Assembly: GCA_963645945.1 (NCBI GenBank)
Contig: CAVIUA010000045.1
Span: forward strand, 1-51,693
Length of the DNA stretch: 51,693 nucleotides
Reading direction: 5' to 3'
Source of the DNA: a bacterium
GTDB taxonomy: Bacteria > Bacillota_I > Bacilli_A > RF39 > UBA660
Shown: piece after piece, positions 19,160-29,312 of the stretch
Layout: every line of letters begins with the position of its first letter
How positions within the stretch are numbered: position 1 is the first letter of the stretch
Notes under the pieces: model-generated
What the model saw: only the letters and a program-made list of their open reading frames with translations
What the model was told of the DNA's origin: nothing
Databases searched by the model: none
Program-made: the position numbers and the translations under genes

Positions 19160-19975
19160 ATGTTAAAACTGACTGAAAATATAGATGTTAATATAATAAA
19201 TTTAATTCTTCCAATAATATATATATTAATAGGAATGATAATATATAGAATCATAAAAAGAATTATTGATAAAAGTATAAATATAGAAAGAATTACATTA
19301 AAATCACATAAACAAAGAGCAGAAACAATAAAAATGTTAATACTAAATATAATTAAATACATAACAGTAATATTAGTATTATTAGCAATTCTTTCTAACT
19401 TTGGAATAAACGTTAAGTCAATTTTAGCAGGACTAGGAATTACAACTGCCATTATAGGTTTAGCCTTCCAAGACTTAGCAAAAGACTTAATAGCAGGTAT
19501 TTCAATAATAACCGAAAATCAATATGAAGTAGGAGATACCATAGAAGTAGATGGATTCATGGGAGAAGTTGTGTTTTTAGGTTTAAAAACAACAAAGATT
19601 AGAGACTATAAAGGAGCAACCAAAATAATAGCAAATCACAACATGGATAAAATAATTAATTATAGTATACATGATTCATTAGCAGTAGTAGATATAGGAA
19701 CAAGCTATGAAAATACAACAGAAGAAATAGAAAAAGTATTAACTGATTTAGCAACTAATTTAAAAGGAAAAATAAAAGATGCCACTGGTGACATTGAAAT
19801 TTTAGGAATAAATAAACTTGCAGATTCTTCTGTTGAATATCGAATTACCGTACCAGTAAAACCAATGAAACATATAGAAACAGAAAGATTTCTACGCAAG
19901 GAAATAAAAAATGCCTTTGATAAATCAAAAATAAATATCCCATATCCACAAATAGAGGTGCACAATGGAAAATAA
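19160..19975 (+). CDS. MscS-family mechanosensitive channel
   Basis: 271 aa. Three N-terminal TM segments are followed by the MscS beta-domain block GDTIEVDGFMGEVVFLGLKTTKIRDYKG..KIIANHNM. Confidence 0.8.
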   Translation: MLKLTENIDVNIINLILPIIYILIGMIIYRIIKRIIDKSINIERITLKSHKQRAETIKMLILNIIKYITVILVLLAILSNFGINVKSILAGLGITTAIIGLAFQDLAKDLIAGISIITENQYEVGDTIEVDGFMGEVVFLGLKTTKIRDYKGATKIIANHNMDKIINYSIHDSLAVVDIGTSYENTTEEIEKVLTDLATNLKGKIKDATGDIEILGINKLADSSVEYRITVPVKPMKHIETERFLRKEIKNAFDKSKINIPYPQIEVHNGK

Positions 19976-20159
19976 AGAATATACAATAGGAACAAAAGTC
20001 ATTATGAAAAAACAACATCCTTGTGGTGCTAACTCATGGGAAATAACTAGACTAGGTGCCGACATAAAAATAAAATGTCTAAACTGTGGTAGAACAGTAT
20101 TAATACCTAGAATTGAATTTAATAAAAAAATTAAGAAAATAATTACAGAGGAGGAATAA
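19965..20159 (+). CDS. DUF951-family small protein
   Basis: 64 aa. It has the pattern G..V.MKK.HPCG...WEI.R.GADIKIKC..CGR, recalled from DUF951 proteins found near ychF in Firmicutes. Confidence 0.65.
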   Translation: MENKEYTIGTKVIMKKQHPCGANSWEITRLGADIKIKCLNCGRTVLIPRIEFNKKIKKIITEEE

Positions 20160-20160
20160 A

Positions 20161-21756
20161 ATGTTTCAAAAGAAAAAACTCCGCTTAAAGAAATTTTATT
20201 TTCATCCAACAACAACCTTAATCCTCTTAACATTTGGCCTAATAATTTTAAGTGCAATATTATCAGGATTAGAAATGCAAGCTACATATAATATAGTAAA
20301 TATTAACACAAAAGAACTAGAACCAACACTAATAGCTGTTGAAAATATGTTAAGCTTTGATGGAATAAAATATATCATAAGTAGTGCAACAAGAAACTTT
20401 ATTAGTTTTGCTCCGTTAGGTACATTGTTAATATCATTACTTGGTTTAACGATTGCTGAATCAACAGGTATGTTAGAAGCTATCACCAGAAGAAAACTAA
20501 AAAAGATGCCAAAAACTGCTCTAACATTTATTTTAATCTTTGTAGCAACAATTTCATCATTGATTAACGAAGTTGGCTATGCAATACTAATACCTTTAGC
20601 AGCCTTAATATACTTCATGAATGATAGAAATCCAATTCTTGGTATTGTAACAGCATTCGTAGGAGTTGCCTTTGGCTACGGTGTATCAATATTTGTAGGA
20701 ACAATGGAATCATCCTTAATAGAATATACAAAAAATGCTACACTTTTAGTTGATGATACAGCTCATATAGCCCTAACTTCAAATCTTATCTTTATAATAG
20801 CTGCTTCAGTTATACTATCAATTGTAGGAACTATTATAATCGAAAAAATAATAGCACCAAAGATAGGAAAATATAAAAAAGATGATGAAATGTCTCAAAC
20901 AGAAAAATATAGTATTGTTAATAGCGAAGAAACACAACAAATTGAAATAGAACAAGAAAAAAAAGAAAAAACCGGTTTAAAATATGCATTAATTACAGGA
21001 ATTATAGTCCTATTATTGTTCATCTGGTCACTAATTCCTAATCTTCCATACTCTGGTTTATTACTAGATATGTCTGAAACAACATACTTAAATCAAGTAT
21101 TTGGCGAAAATGCCTATTTTCAAAATGCTTTTACATACTTAGTATCACTTTTATTCTTCCTAACAGGAATTGCTTATGGTATAGGAGCACATACAATAAA
21201 AAGTGATTCAAAAATAATAGAAAAAGCAAGTGATAATTTTTCAAAACTAGGTAGTATGTTTATTCTAATGTTTGTTGCAGCCCAATTTATAGCAATATTT
21301 AAAAAGACAAATATAGGAACTATAATAGCTTGCTGGCTAGCAAACGCTTTAGAAATATTAGACTTTACAGGTATACCTTTAATTATAGTAACTCTAATAT
21401 TTATAGCTTTAGCAAACATATTCTTAACTGGTACCGCAACAAAATGGATGATTTTTGCTCCAATAGTAGTACCAAAATTTTTACAGTCAAACATTTCACC
21501 AGAGTTTGCTCAAATAGTAATGCGTGCTGGTGATTCAATGACTAAAGGTTTCACACCAATATTGGCAGCTTTCATTATATATCTAGGCTACCTAAATATA
21601 TATAACTTAAACAAAAATAAACCATATTCAATTATTAAAGCTATGAAACTAATAACACCATATTTCTTATTAATTTCATTAACTTGGATTTTATTGGTAG
21701 TAGGTTGGTACATATCAGGTCTTCCAATAGGCCCAGGTGTATATCCAACACTATAG
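20161..21756 (+). CDS. AbgT-family (aminobenzoyl-glutamate type) transporter
   Basis: 531 aa and polytopic. It contains FAPLGTLLISLLGLTIAESTGM and the C-terminal PIVVP.F......PE..Q...R.GDS.T, consistent with AbgT family members. Confidence 0.75.
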   Translation: MFQKKKLRLKKFYFHPTTTLILLTFGLIILSAILSGLEMQATYNIVNINTKELEPTLIAVENMLSFDGIKYIISSATRNFISFAPLGTLLISLLGLTIAESTGMLEAITRRKLKKMPKTALTFILIFVATISSLINEVGYAILIPLAALIYFMNDRNPILGIVTAFVGVAFGYGVSIFVGTMESSLIEYTKNATLLVDDTAHIALTSNLIFIIAASVILSIVGTIIIEKIIAPKIGKYKKDDEMSQTEKYSIVNSEETQQIEIEQEKKEKTGLKYALITGIIVLLLFIWSLIPNLPYSGLLLDMSETTYLNQVFGENAYFQNAFTYLVSLLFFLTGIAYGIGAHTIKSDSKIIEKASDNFSKLGSMFILMFVAAQFIAIFKKTNIGTIIACWLANALEILDFTGIPLIIVTLIFIALANIFLTGTATKWMIFAPIVVPKFLQSNISPEFAQIVMRAGDSMTKGFTPILAAFIIYLGYLNIYNLNKNKPYSIIKAMKLITPYFLLISLTWILLVVGWYISGLPIGPGVYPTL

Positions 21757-21775
21757 CACCCGTTCGGGTGTTTTT
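21757..21775 (+). terminator. Rho-independent terminator
   Basis: CACCCG-tt-CGGGTG followed by TTTTT, directly after the transporter stop codon. Confidence 0.8.
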
Positions 21776-21835
21776 AATTTTTATATTTAAAAAGAAAAAC
21801 TTATGTTATAATAAGACAAGAAAAGAGGTAATTAT

Positions 21836-22936
21836 ATGAGTTTAACAGCTGGAATAGTAGGCCTACCAAATGTAGGAAAATCAACTTTATTTAATGCAAT
21901 AACTAATCAAAAAATATTAGCTGAAAACTATCCATTCGCAACAATAGAACCAAATGTTGGAGTAGTAACAGTACCAGATGAAAGAATGGATAAATTAAAA
22001 GAAATGTATGATCCAAATAGATTTATACCAACAGCATACGAATTTACAGATATTGCAGGTTTAGTAAAAGGGGCTTCACAAGGAGAAGGTTTAGGTAATA
22101 AATTCCTATCTCATATACGTGAAGTAGACGCCATAGTAGAAGTAGTAAGATGTTTTGATGATGGAAAAATAATCCATGTAGAAGGAAATATAGACCCAAT
22201 TAGAGACATTGAAACAATCAATCTAGAACTAGCTATAGCCGATTTAGATGTCATTAATAATAGATTAGAACGTGTTGCTAAAAAAGCCCGTACTACAAAA
22301 AATAAAGATGATTTATTAGAAGTAGAAGTCTTAGAAAAGTGTAAAAAAGCCCTAGAAGAAAATACACCAATAAGACAATTAGGCTTAAATGAAGAAGAAA
22401 AGAAAATAATAAAATCTTACAGTTTTTTAACATTAAAGCCAATAATATATCTCGCTAATATAAAAGAAAGCGAACTTGGTAATCCAGACAATGAATACGT
22501 AAAAGTAGTAAAAGATTATGCTGCTAAAGAAAATGCTAAAGTAGTTAGTCTTTGTGCAAAAGTTGAAGAAGAACTAAGTGAAATATCAAAAGAAGATAAA
22601 AAAGAAATGTTAGAAGGACTAGGATTAGATGCATCAGGATTAGATAAATTAATAACCGCAACATATGACATTCTAGGTCTAGCAACATATTTTACTGTTG
22701 GAAAAGATGAAGTAAGAGCCTGGACATTTAAAAAAGGTATGAATGCAAAACAATGTGCCGGTATAATTCATACAGATTTTGAAAAAGGGTTTATTCGTGC
22801 TGAAGTTATTTCATACACTGACTTAATTGAACTTGGTAGTGAATTAAAAGTAAAAGAAGCAGGAAAAGCCAGACTAGAAGGGAAAGATTATTTAATGCAA
22901 GATGGAGATATTTGCCATTTTAGATTTAATGTATAA
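21836..22936 (+). CDS. ychF: Ribosome-binding ATPase YchF
   Basis: 366 aa. It starts GIVGLPNVGKSTLFNA and contains DIAGLVKGAS. The C-terminal TGS-like block is RAWTFKKG..A.QCAGIIHTDFEKGFIRAEV. Confidence 0.95.
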   Translation: MSLTAGIVGLPNVGKSTLFNAITNQKILAENYPFATIEPNVGVVTVPDERMDKLKEMYDPNRFIPTAYEFTDIAGLVKGASQGEGLGNKFLSHIREVDAIVEVVRCFDDGKIIHVEGNIDPIRDIETINLELAIADLDVINNRLERVAKKARTTKNKDDLLEVEVLEKCKKALEENTPIRQLGLNEEEKKIIKSYSFLTLKPIIYLANIKESELGNPDNEYVKVVKDYAAKENAKVVSLCAKVEEELSEISKEDKKEMLEGLGLDASGLDKLITATYDILGLATYFTVGKDEVRAWTFKKGMNAKQCAGIIHTDFEKGFIRAEVISYTDLIELGSELKVKEAGKARLEGKDYLMQDGDICHFRFNV

Positions 22937-22966
22937 AATTATACCATCAAAAATAAAGGAATAAGT

Positions 22967-23743
22967 ATGAAAAAACTAGTAATTTTTGAAACAAATAATA
23001 AAGATGGTATTATGAGTAGAAGTAAAAAATTCTATCCAGATACTTATAGTGAAGAAGATATAAAAAAATTTTTTTTAAAAGTACGTCAAAAAGTAGGTGC
23101 AAAATACGGTTTTTCAGGTTTAAAAATACTTCAGCCGGCTCAAAAAGACGTAGAAGCAAATCTTGATTATCCAGATGGAACATATAAAAGAATAGATGAT
23201 ACTTGCTTACTAAAAGAAGATTTATGGTATGAAACAATACCGGCAGATATATTAGTAATTGATTCTAATTATCAAAATATTGTCATTGGACATCGGTCAG
23301 CAGACTGTCCAGTAATAATTGCCGAAGATAGAAAAAATCAAGTAGTAGCAGTTTCACATTCTGGTGCCTTGCAAATAAATAGAAAAGTTCCAATGTATAC
23401 CATAACCGCTCTTCAAAAAGAATTTGGCAGTAATCTAAATGATATTTATGTCTACATTGGTAGTTGTATAAAAAAAGAATCCTATGTCTATGATCGTTAT
23501 CCAAACTGGGCAACAAATGTCTCTGTATGGAAAAATTGTATAGAAAAAAAGAATAATCTATATCATATTGATTTAGTAACCGCAATAATTAATCAATTAA
23601 ATATACCTAAAGACCATATAACAATAAGTCCTGTTGATACGTATAAAAATCCAGACTATTATTCACATTCATCAGAAGTAAAAAAAGAATCTAAACCTGT
23701 AGGTCAAAACTTTGTAGGTGCCTTTTATAAAAGTACAGAATAA
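22967..23743 (+). CDS. Divergent YfiH/PgeF (DUF152, laccase-domain) family protein
   Basis: 258 aa. GHRSADCPVII and AVSHSGALQ resemble the H..ADC.P and HAGWRG blocks of this family, and there is a C-terminal YYSHS. The protein is divergent, so the assignment is moderate. Confidence 0.5.
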   Translation: MKKLVIFETNNKDGIMSRSKKFYPDTYSEEDIKKFFLKVRQKVGAKYGFSGLKILQPAQKDVEANLDYPDGTYKRIDDTCLLKEDLWYETIPADILVIDSNYQNIVIGHRSADCPVIIAEDRKNQVVAVSHSGALQINRKVPMYTITALQKEFGSNLNDIYVYIGSCIKKESYVYDRYPNWATNVSVWKNCIEKKNNLYHIDLVTAIINQLNIPKDHITISPVDTYKNPDYYSHSSEVKKESKPVGQNFVGAFYKSTE

Positions 23744-23899
23744 TCATTTATTAATAAGAATAATAATAACGCGCTCTGCGCGATTAAAATATCAAAAAAT
23801 TATAGACAAAATCTCATACATTTGTTATAATACATCCGAGTATTTAAAATACTCCTTGCTGTAATTACAGCCGAATAGTCCAAAAGGAGGTGTAAAAAA

Positions 23900-24187
23900 A
23901 TGAATAAATATGAAGTTATGTTTATCGTTAGACCTGATATGGAGGAAGCAGAAATTAAAAAGACTGCAGAAGACATGAAAAAGGTTTTAACTGATAACAA
24001 GGCTAAACTTTTAGAAGAAAAGCCATTAGGTCAAAAAGAATTAGCTTATGAAATCAATAAATTTAAAACTGGATACTATTACTTATACGTAGTAGAAGCA
24101 GATAGTGCAGCTGTAAATGAATTTGATCGTGTTGCTAGAATCAATGAAAGCCTACTTCGTCATTTAGTTGTAAAAGTAGAAGACTAA
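23900..24187 (+). CDS. rpsF: 30S ribosomal protein S6
   Basis: MNKYEVMFIVRPD..., 95 aa, first gene of the rpsF-ssb-rpsR operon. Confidence 0.95.
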   Translation: MNKYEVMFIVRPDMEEAEIKKTAEDMKKVLTDNKAKLLEEKPLGQKELAYEINKFKTGYYYLYVVEADSAAVNEFDRVARINESLLRHLVVKVED

Positions 24188-24203
24188 GAAAAAGAGGTAT
24201 AAT

Positions 24204-24680
24204 ATGAATAAGGTATTTTTAATAGGAAGATTAACAAGAGATCCAGAATTAAGATACACTGGTAACAACACTCCAGTAGCAACATTTTCATTAGCTGTAA
24301 ATAGACCATTTTCTAACCAAGCAGGTGAAAGAGAAGCAGACTTTATAAACATCGTTGTTTGGAGAAAACAAGCAGAAAATGTTAAGAACTATTTAACACA
24401 AGGAAGTCAAGCTGCTGTTGAAGGACGTATTCAAGTAAGATCTTATGATGACCAATCTGGCCAAAAAAGATATGTTACAGAAGTAATTGCCGATAATGTT
24501 GAATTCTTAGGATCAAAATCTTCCACAAATAATTCAAATAATTCATCAGTTAGTAGTAAAGAACCAACACCATATGATTTTGGTGATGCAAAAGAGCCAA
24601 AGGGAACAGATGTAGATAGTAATCCATTTGCAGACTTTGGTGCTAGCATTGAAATAAGTGATGATGAATTACCATTCTAA
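24204..24680 (+). CDS. ssb: Single-stranded DNA-binding protein
   Basis: OB fold MNKVFLIGRLTRDPELRYT, with the acidic tip DDELPF. Confidence 0.95.
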   Translation: MNKVFLIGRLTRDPELRYTGNNTPVATFSLAVNRPFSNQAGEREADFINIVVWRKQAENVKNYLTQGSQAAVEGRIQVRSYDDQSGQKRYVTEVIADNVEFLGSKSSTNNSNNSSVSSKEPTPYDFGDAKEPKGTDVDSNPFADFGASIEISDDELPF

Positions 24681-24695
24681 AAAGGAGGATAAACA

Positions 24696-24914
24696 ATGGC
24701 AGAATTTAATCGTAGAAAGAAAAAAGTTTGTATGATGTGCACAAAAAATGCAGTAGTTGATTATAAAGACCCAGAAACTTTAAAAAGATATACAAATGAA
24801 AAAGGTAAAATTGTACCAAGACGTGTAACAGGAAACTGTGCATTACATCAAAGATATATTGCTAAACAAATTAAAAGAGCACGTGCAATAGCATTAATGC
24901 CTTATACAAGATAA
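24696..24914 (+). CDS. rpsR: 30S ribosomal protein S18
   Basis: 72 aa. It contains RRKKKVC.....V.DYKD...L.R........I.PRR.TG.C...QR....IKRAR..AL.PY. Confidence 0.95.
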   Translation: MAEFNRRKKKVCMMCTKNAVVDYKDPETLKRYTNEKGKIVPRRVTGNCALHQRYIAKQIKRARAIALMPYTR

Positions 24915-24915
24915 T

Positions 24916-24942
24916 AGTGTACCAGAAATGGTATGCTTTTTT
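24916..24942 (+). terminator. Rho-independent terminator of the rpsF operon
   Basis: AGTGTACCA-gaaa-TGGTATGCT stem with two G-T pairs, followed by TTTTTT. Confidence 0.7.
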
Positions 24943-24999
24943 ATTAGACAAAATAGGCAAACTATTATATAATATAGTTGACATTTGATAGGAGGCCAT

Positions 25000-25989
25000 A
25001 TGAGAATTATTGATAAAAGAAGAGAATTAAATAAAGTAATACGAGGAAGCAAAAATGTATTTTTAATGGCCCATAAGGACCTAGACTTAGATGCACTTGG
25101 AAGTTGTATTGGATTTAGTACTGTATTAGGTCAAAAAAAGAAAAATTGTTATATAATAATAGATGATAAAAACCATGAATTGGGTGTTGAAAAAGTATTA
25201 AGAGAACTAGAAGGTTGCATAAAAATAATTAAAAGTGAAGAGATAGATAGATATTTATATCCGAAAATGTCAAAAAATCTTTTAATTATATTAGATACAA
25301 ATAAAACTGAATTAGTACAAAGTAAAGACCTATTGAAAAAAATAGAGAAAAAGGTTATTATAGATCATCATGATACATCTAAAACAACTATAAAAGGTGC
25401 ACTGACAATAATAGATAATGAAGTATCAAGTACCTGTGAAATGATAACAGAACTAGTTGAGTATAATGATGTTGAATTAGAACCATATTACGCTACTGTT
25501 TTATTATCAGGAATTGTTTTAGATACCAATAACTTTACACTTAAAACAACAGCTGAAACATACTATGCAGCATACTACTTATCAAGTTTAGGTGCTAGTG
25601 CCAAAAAAGTACAATATCTTTTAAAACAAGATATAATGGAATACACAGAAAGACAAAAACTATTAGCTGATATTCAAACTATAAATAATAGAATTGCTTT
25701 TACAAAAGCAACACCATATACGATATATAGAAGAGAAGACTTAGCTAAGGTTGCTGATACATTACTATTCTTTAATAATATAGAAGCATCATTTGTCATT
25801 GGTAAAATTGGTAAAGATTCAGTAGGAATTAGTGCTAGAAGTCTTGGCAATTACAACATAAGTAAAATATTAGAAAAACTAGGTGGTGGCGGTGATACAT
25901 ACAATGGAGCTGCCAGATTTGAAAAGACAACTATAAGTAAAGTTGAACAAATGTTAAAAAAAGAAATACAAGATCAGGAGGGTGAATAG
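25000..25989 (+). CDS. Stand-alone DHH/DHHA1 phosphoesterase (GdpP catalytic-module-like)
   Basis: 329 aa from the ATG at 25000 (RBS TAGGAGG). Motifs present: [28 protein letters not shown] and GGGGD. It occupies the rpsR-[gdpP]-rplI-dnaB slot but has no TM, PAS or GGDEF part. Confidence 0.75.
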   Translation: MRIIDKRRELNKVIRGSKNVFLMAHKDLDLDALGSCIGFSTVLGQKKKNCYIIIDDKNHELGVEKVLRELEGCIKIIKSEEIDRYLYPKMSKNLLIILDTNKTELVQSKDLLKKIEKKVIIDHHDTSKTTIKGALTIIDNEVSSTCEMITELVEYNDVELEPYYATVLLSGIVLDTNNFTLKTTAETYYAAYYLSSLGASAKKVQYLLKQDIMEYTERQKLLADIQTINNRIAFTKATPYTIYRREDLAKVADTLLFFNNIEASFVIGKIGKDSVGISARSLGNYNISKILEKLGGGGDTYNGAARFEKTTISKVEQMLKKEIQDQEGE

Positions 25990-25990
25990 T

Positions 25991-26431
25991 ATGGAAGTAA
26001 TTTTTATCAAAGATCTAAAAAATCAAGGTAAGAAAGGACAAATTAAAAATGTAAAAGATGGATATGCACAAAACTTTCTTATTAAAAATGGCTATGCCGT
26101 AGCAAAAACCAAAGAAAATTTATCAAAGCTTGAACATGAAAAAGAAAAAAAAGCTGATGAAGATTTAAAAAATAAAAAACTAGCAGAAGAACTAAAAACA
26201 AAACTTGATAAAGAAGTATTAGAGTTCAAGGTAAAAACTGGTGAAGGCGATAGAGTATTTGGAAGCATCAGTCAAAAACAAATAAAAGATAGCCTACAAG
26301 AAAAAGGTTACAAAATAGAAAAAAGTCAAATAGATAGTAGTAATCAAATATCATCACTTGGCTTTCATAATGTAAACATAAATATATATGGAAATATTAA
26401 AGCAACTGTAAAAGTACATCTAGTAAAGTGA
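25991..26431 (+). CDS. rplI: 50S ribosomal protein L9
   Basis: [36 protein letters not shown]; 146 aa from the ATG at 25991. Confidence 0.93.
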   Translation: MEVIFIKDLKNQGKKGQIKNVKDGYAQNFLIKNGYAVAKTKENLSKLEHEKEKKADEDLKNKKLAEELKTKLDKEVLEFKVKTGEGDRVFGSISQKQIKDSLQEKGYKIEKSQIDSSNQISSLGFHNVNINIYGNIKATVKVHLVK

Positions 26432-26442
26432 GGTGATGGCTA

Positions 26443-27792
26443 ATGGCTAACAAAATAATGCCAAATAACTTAGAAGCAGAAGAGTCAGTCTTGGGAGCGT
26501 GTTTCTTATCAAAGTATGCCTTACAAAAAGCTACTGAAAGTCTACTGCCAGAATCTTTCTATAGTGAAAAAAATGCAAAAATATTTACAGCCATGATGGA
26601 TCTAGCAGAAGACAAAACACCAATAGATTTAACAACAATAACAAGCCATTTGAAAAAGAAAAATGAGCTTAATGAAGTTGGTGGAGTAGAATACCTAACG
26701 GAAATATTAAACTTTGTACCAACAGCAAGTAATGTTGATTACTATATTCAAAATGTAGAAGAAACGGCTATCTTAAGAAGACTTATAGAAACAGCTAATG
26801 ATATAGCAACAGAAGGATATAGAACAGATGAAACAGTAAATGAAATATTAGATAGTTCAGAAAAGAAAATACTAAGTATTGTTAAAAATAGAAAATCTAG
26901 TGAATTTAGAAGTATAAAAGATGTTTTATTAAAAACTCAATCTGACTTAGAACGTTTATCAGAAAATAAGAGTGAAATTACTGGTTTAGCAACCGGTTGG
27001 TATGATTTAGATAAACTAACAACAGGACTACATCCAAACGAATTTATCATTATAGCAGCAAGACCGGCAATGGGAAAAACAGCTTTTGCGCTTAATCTCG
27101 CAACACATGCCGCTATGACTCAAGACAAAAGCGTTGCGGTTTTTAACTTAGAAATGAGTGCAGAACAATTGGCGATGCGTATTTTATCTTCCCTTGGTCA
27201 ATTAGAAGGATTCAAGCTACGTACCGGTAATTTAATGAATAATGATTGGAAAAGAATAAATGAAGCAGTATCACAATTATCAAATACAAATTTAGTAATT
27301 GATGATACACCAGGTATTACAATAGGTGAAATTAGAGCTAAATGTCGTAGACTAGCAAGTAGTGAAAAAGGTTTAAGCCTAGTTATAATCGACTATTTAC
27401 AACTAATTTCCGGTGGTAAAAACTACGGAGCAAATCGTCAACAAGAAGTATCAGATATTTCACGTAGTTTAAAAACACTTGCTATGGAATTAAATGTTCC
27501 GATAATAGCTTTATCACAATTATCAAGAAGTGTAGAAGGAAGAGAAGATAAGAGACCATTAATGAGTGACTTAAGAGAATCAGGCTCAATCGAGCAAGAT
27601 GCTGATATTGTAGCTTTCTTATATCGTGATGACTATTACAATAAAGAAGCACGTACAGAAGATAATACAAGTATCAGTGAATTAATAATAGGAAAACACC
27701 GTAATGGACCAACCGCAACAATAGAATTGCTATTTAAAAAGAATACTTCGACATTCTTAAACTTAAAAAGAGAGAATAAGGAGGCCAACTAG
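26443..27792 (+). CDS. dnaB: Replicative DNA helicase (DnaB family; DnaC in B. subtilis nomenclature)
   Basis: 449 aa. It starts PNNLEAEESVLGA and has Walker A ARPAMGKTAFALN. It also contains IDYLQLI, ALSQLSR and SDLRESGSIEQDAD. Confidence 0.95.
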   Translation: MANKIMPNNLEAEESVLGACFLSKYALQKATESLLPESFYSEKNAKIFTAMMDLAEDKTPIDLTTITSHLKKKNELNEVGGVEYLTEILNFVPTASNVDYYIQNVEETAILRRLIETANDIATEGYRTDETVNEILDSSEKKILSIVKNRKSSEFRSIKDVLLKTQSDLERLSENKSEITGLATGWYDLDKLTTGLHPNEFIIIAARPAMGKTAFALNLATHAAMTQDKSVAVFNLEMSAEQLAMRILSSLGQLEGFKLRTGNLMNNDWKRINEAVSQLSNTNLVIDDTPGITIGEIRAKCRRLASSEKGLSLVIIDYLQLISGGKNYGANRQQEVSDISRSLKTLAMELNVPIIALSQLSRSVEGREDKRPLMSDLRESGSIEQDADIVAFLYRDDYYNKEARTEDNTSISELIIGKHRNGPTATIELLFKKNTSTFLNLKRENKEAN

Positions 27793-29312
27793 TGAAGAAG
27801 AATAAATTATCAATAATTTTATCAATAACATTAGTACTAAGCCTTTTTCTAGTAACTGGTTTTACTCCTAAAAGACTAACAACGCATACCGTATATCATG
27901 TATATTTAAAAGGCGAATCCTTAGGTATCATAAAATCTAAACAAAGTCTTGAAGAATACATCAATAAAAAACAGTCAGAAGTAAAGAAAAAATATAATGT
28001 AGATAAAGTATATATTCCATCAGATTTGGATATTGTTAAAGAAATAACATATGATAATGAATTAACATCAGTAGAAAAAATATACAATAAAATAAAAGAT
28101 ATTGCGCCATTTACTATCTCTGGGTATGCAGTTACTATAAAAGGATTAGATACAAAAGATGCTTCAACTGGAAAAAAAATAAAAGGGAAAAAACAAGTAA
28201 TAAATGTTCTAGAAAAAGAAACTTTTACAGAGGCAGTAGAAAATATTGTAAAATCATTTGTCCCAGCAGAAGATTATGAAGCATTTGCAAAAGGTACACA
28301 AAAAGAAATAGATAAAACCGGCAAAATAATTGAAAAAATATATATTGAAAATATTATTACTATTAAACAACAAAAAATACCTATAGATAAAGAAATATAT
28401 CAAGATTCAAAAGAATTAAGTAAATATTTGTTATTTGGAACAACATCAGAACAACAAAAATATATAGTTCAACCAGGAGATACAATAGAGGATGTAGCTT
28501 TCAATAACAAGATATCAACAGAAGAATTTTTAATAGCGAACCCTAGCATTAATAATGCAAACAGTTTATTATATTCAGGACAGGAAGTAACCTTAGGTAT
28601 TTTAAAACCACAGTTTAATGTTGTAGAATGGGATTATGTAGTTACAGAAGAAGAAAAGAAGTTTACGACAGAAACAAGATATGATAACGATAAATATGTA
28701 GGATATACAGAAATTGTTCAAAAAGGAGTAAATGGATTAAATAAAGTAAGTAACAAGGTCCAAAAGGTTAATGGTGAAATTACAAGCTTGGTTAATGTAG
28801 AAACGGAAACTATTAAAGAGCCTATAACTGAAATAATCGTAAAAGGTGGAAAAAAATCAAGCTACTATGGTTATGGAGCTGTTCTTCCTACAAAAGGAGA
28901 ATGGGGATGGCCTGCATCATGTTCGTCAATTTCATCATCATTTGGATATAGATGGGGAACATTACATGATGGTACTGATATAGCAGGCTGTGGATACGGT
29001 TCGAATATATTTGCAGCTCAATCAGGTACTGTTGTAGAATCAAAAAAGAAAACAGGATCATATGCAGGAGGCTATGGTGACAATGGCGAATATATAACAA
29101 TAGACCATCATAATGGATATTATACTCTATATGCACATTTGTGCCCAGGGTGTAGATATGTTAGCGTTGGTGATACAGTAACAAAGGGACAAGTTATTGG
29201 TGGTATGGGACAAACAGGAATGGCAACAGGAGTACATTTACACTTCTCATTATGGCAAGGATATCCTTATCGTTCTGGAAGTAGAGCTCTAAATGCTATG
29301 AATTATTATTAA
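27792..29312 (+). CDS. Membrane-anchored LysM + G5 + M23 (LytM) metallopeptidase
   Basis: 506 aa, GTG start, N-terminal TM. It has LysM (YIVQPGDTIEDVAF...), a G5-like block (TETRYDNDKYVGYTEIVQKGVNG), and an intact M23 domain (HDGTDIAG and HLHFSL). Confidence 0.8.
   Translation: MKKNKLSIILSITLVLSLFLVTGFTPKRLTTHTVYHVYLKGESLGIIKSKQSLEEYINKKQSEVKKKYNVDKVYIPSDLDIVKEITYDNELTSVEKIYNKIKDIAPFTISGYAVTIKGLDTKDASTGKKIKGKKQVINVLEKETFTEAVENIVKSFVPAEDYEAFAKGTQKEIDKTGKIIEKIYIENIITIKQQKIPIDKEIYQDSKELSKYLLFGTTSEQQKYIVQPGDTIEDVAFNNKISTEEFLIANPSINNANSLLYSGQEVTLGILKPQFNVVEWDYVVTEEEKKFTTETRYDNDKYVGYTEIVQKGVNGLNKVSNKVQKVNGEITSLVNVETETIKEPITEIIVKGGKKSSYYGYGAVLPTKGEWGWPASCSSISSSFGYRWGTLHDGTDIAGCGYGSNIFAAQSGTVVESKKKTGSYAGGYGDNGEYITIDHHNGYYTLYAHLCPGCRYVSVGDTVTKGQVIGGMGQTGMATGVHLHFSLWQGYPYRSGSRALNAMNYY

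Noticed and set aside
24880-24885. A CACGTG hexamer inside rpsR, considered as a third parS.
   Set aside because: The flanks (aagagCACGTGcaata) do not match TGTTTCACGTGAAACA beyond the central hexamer.
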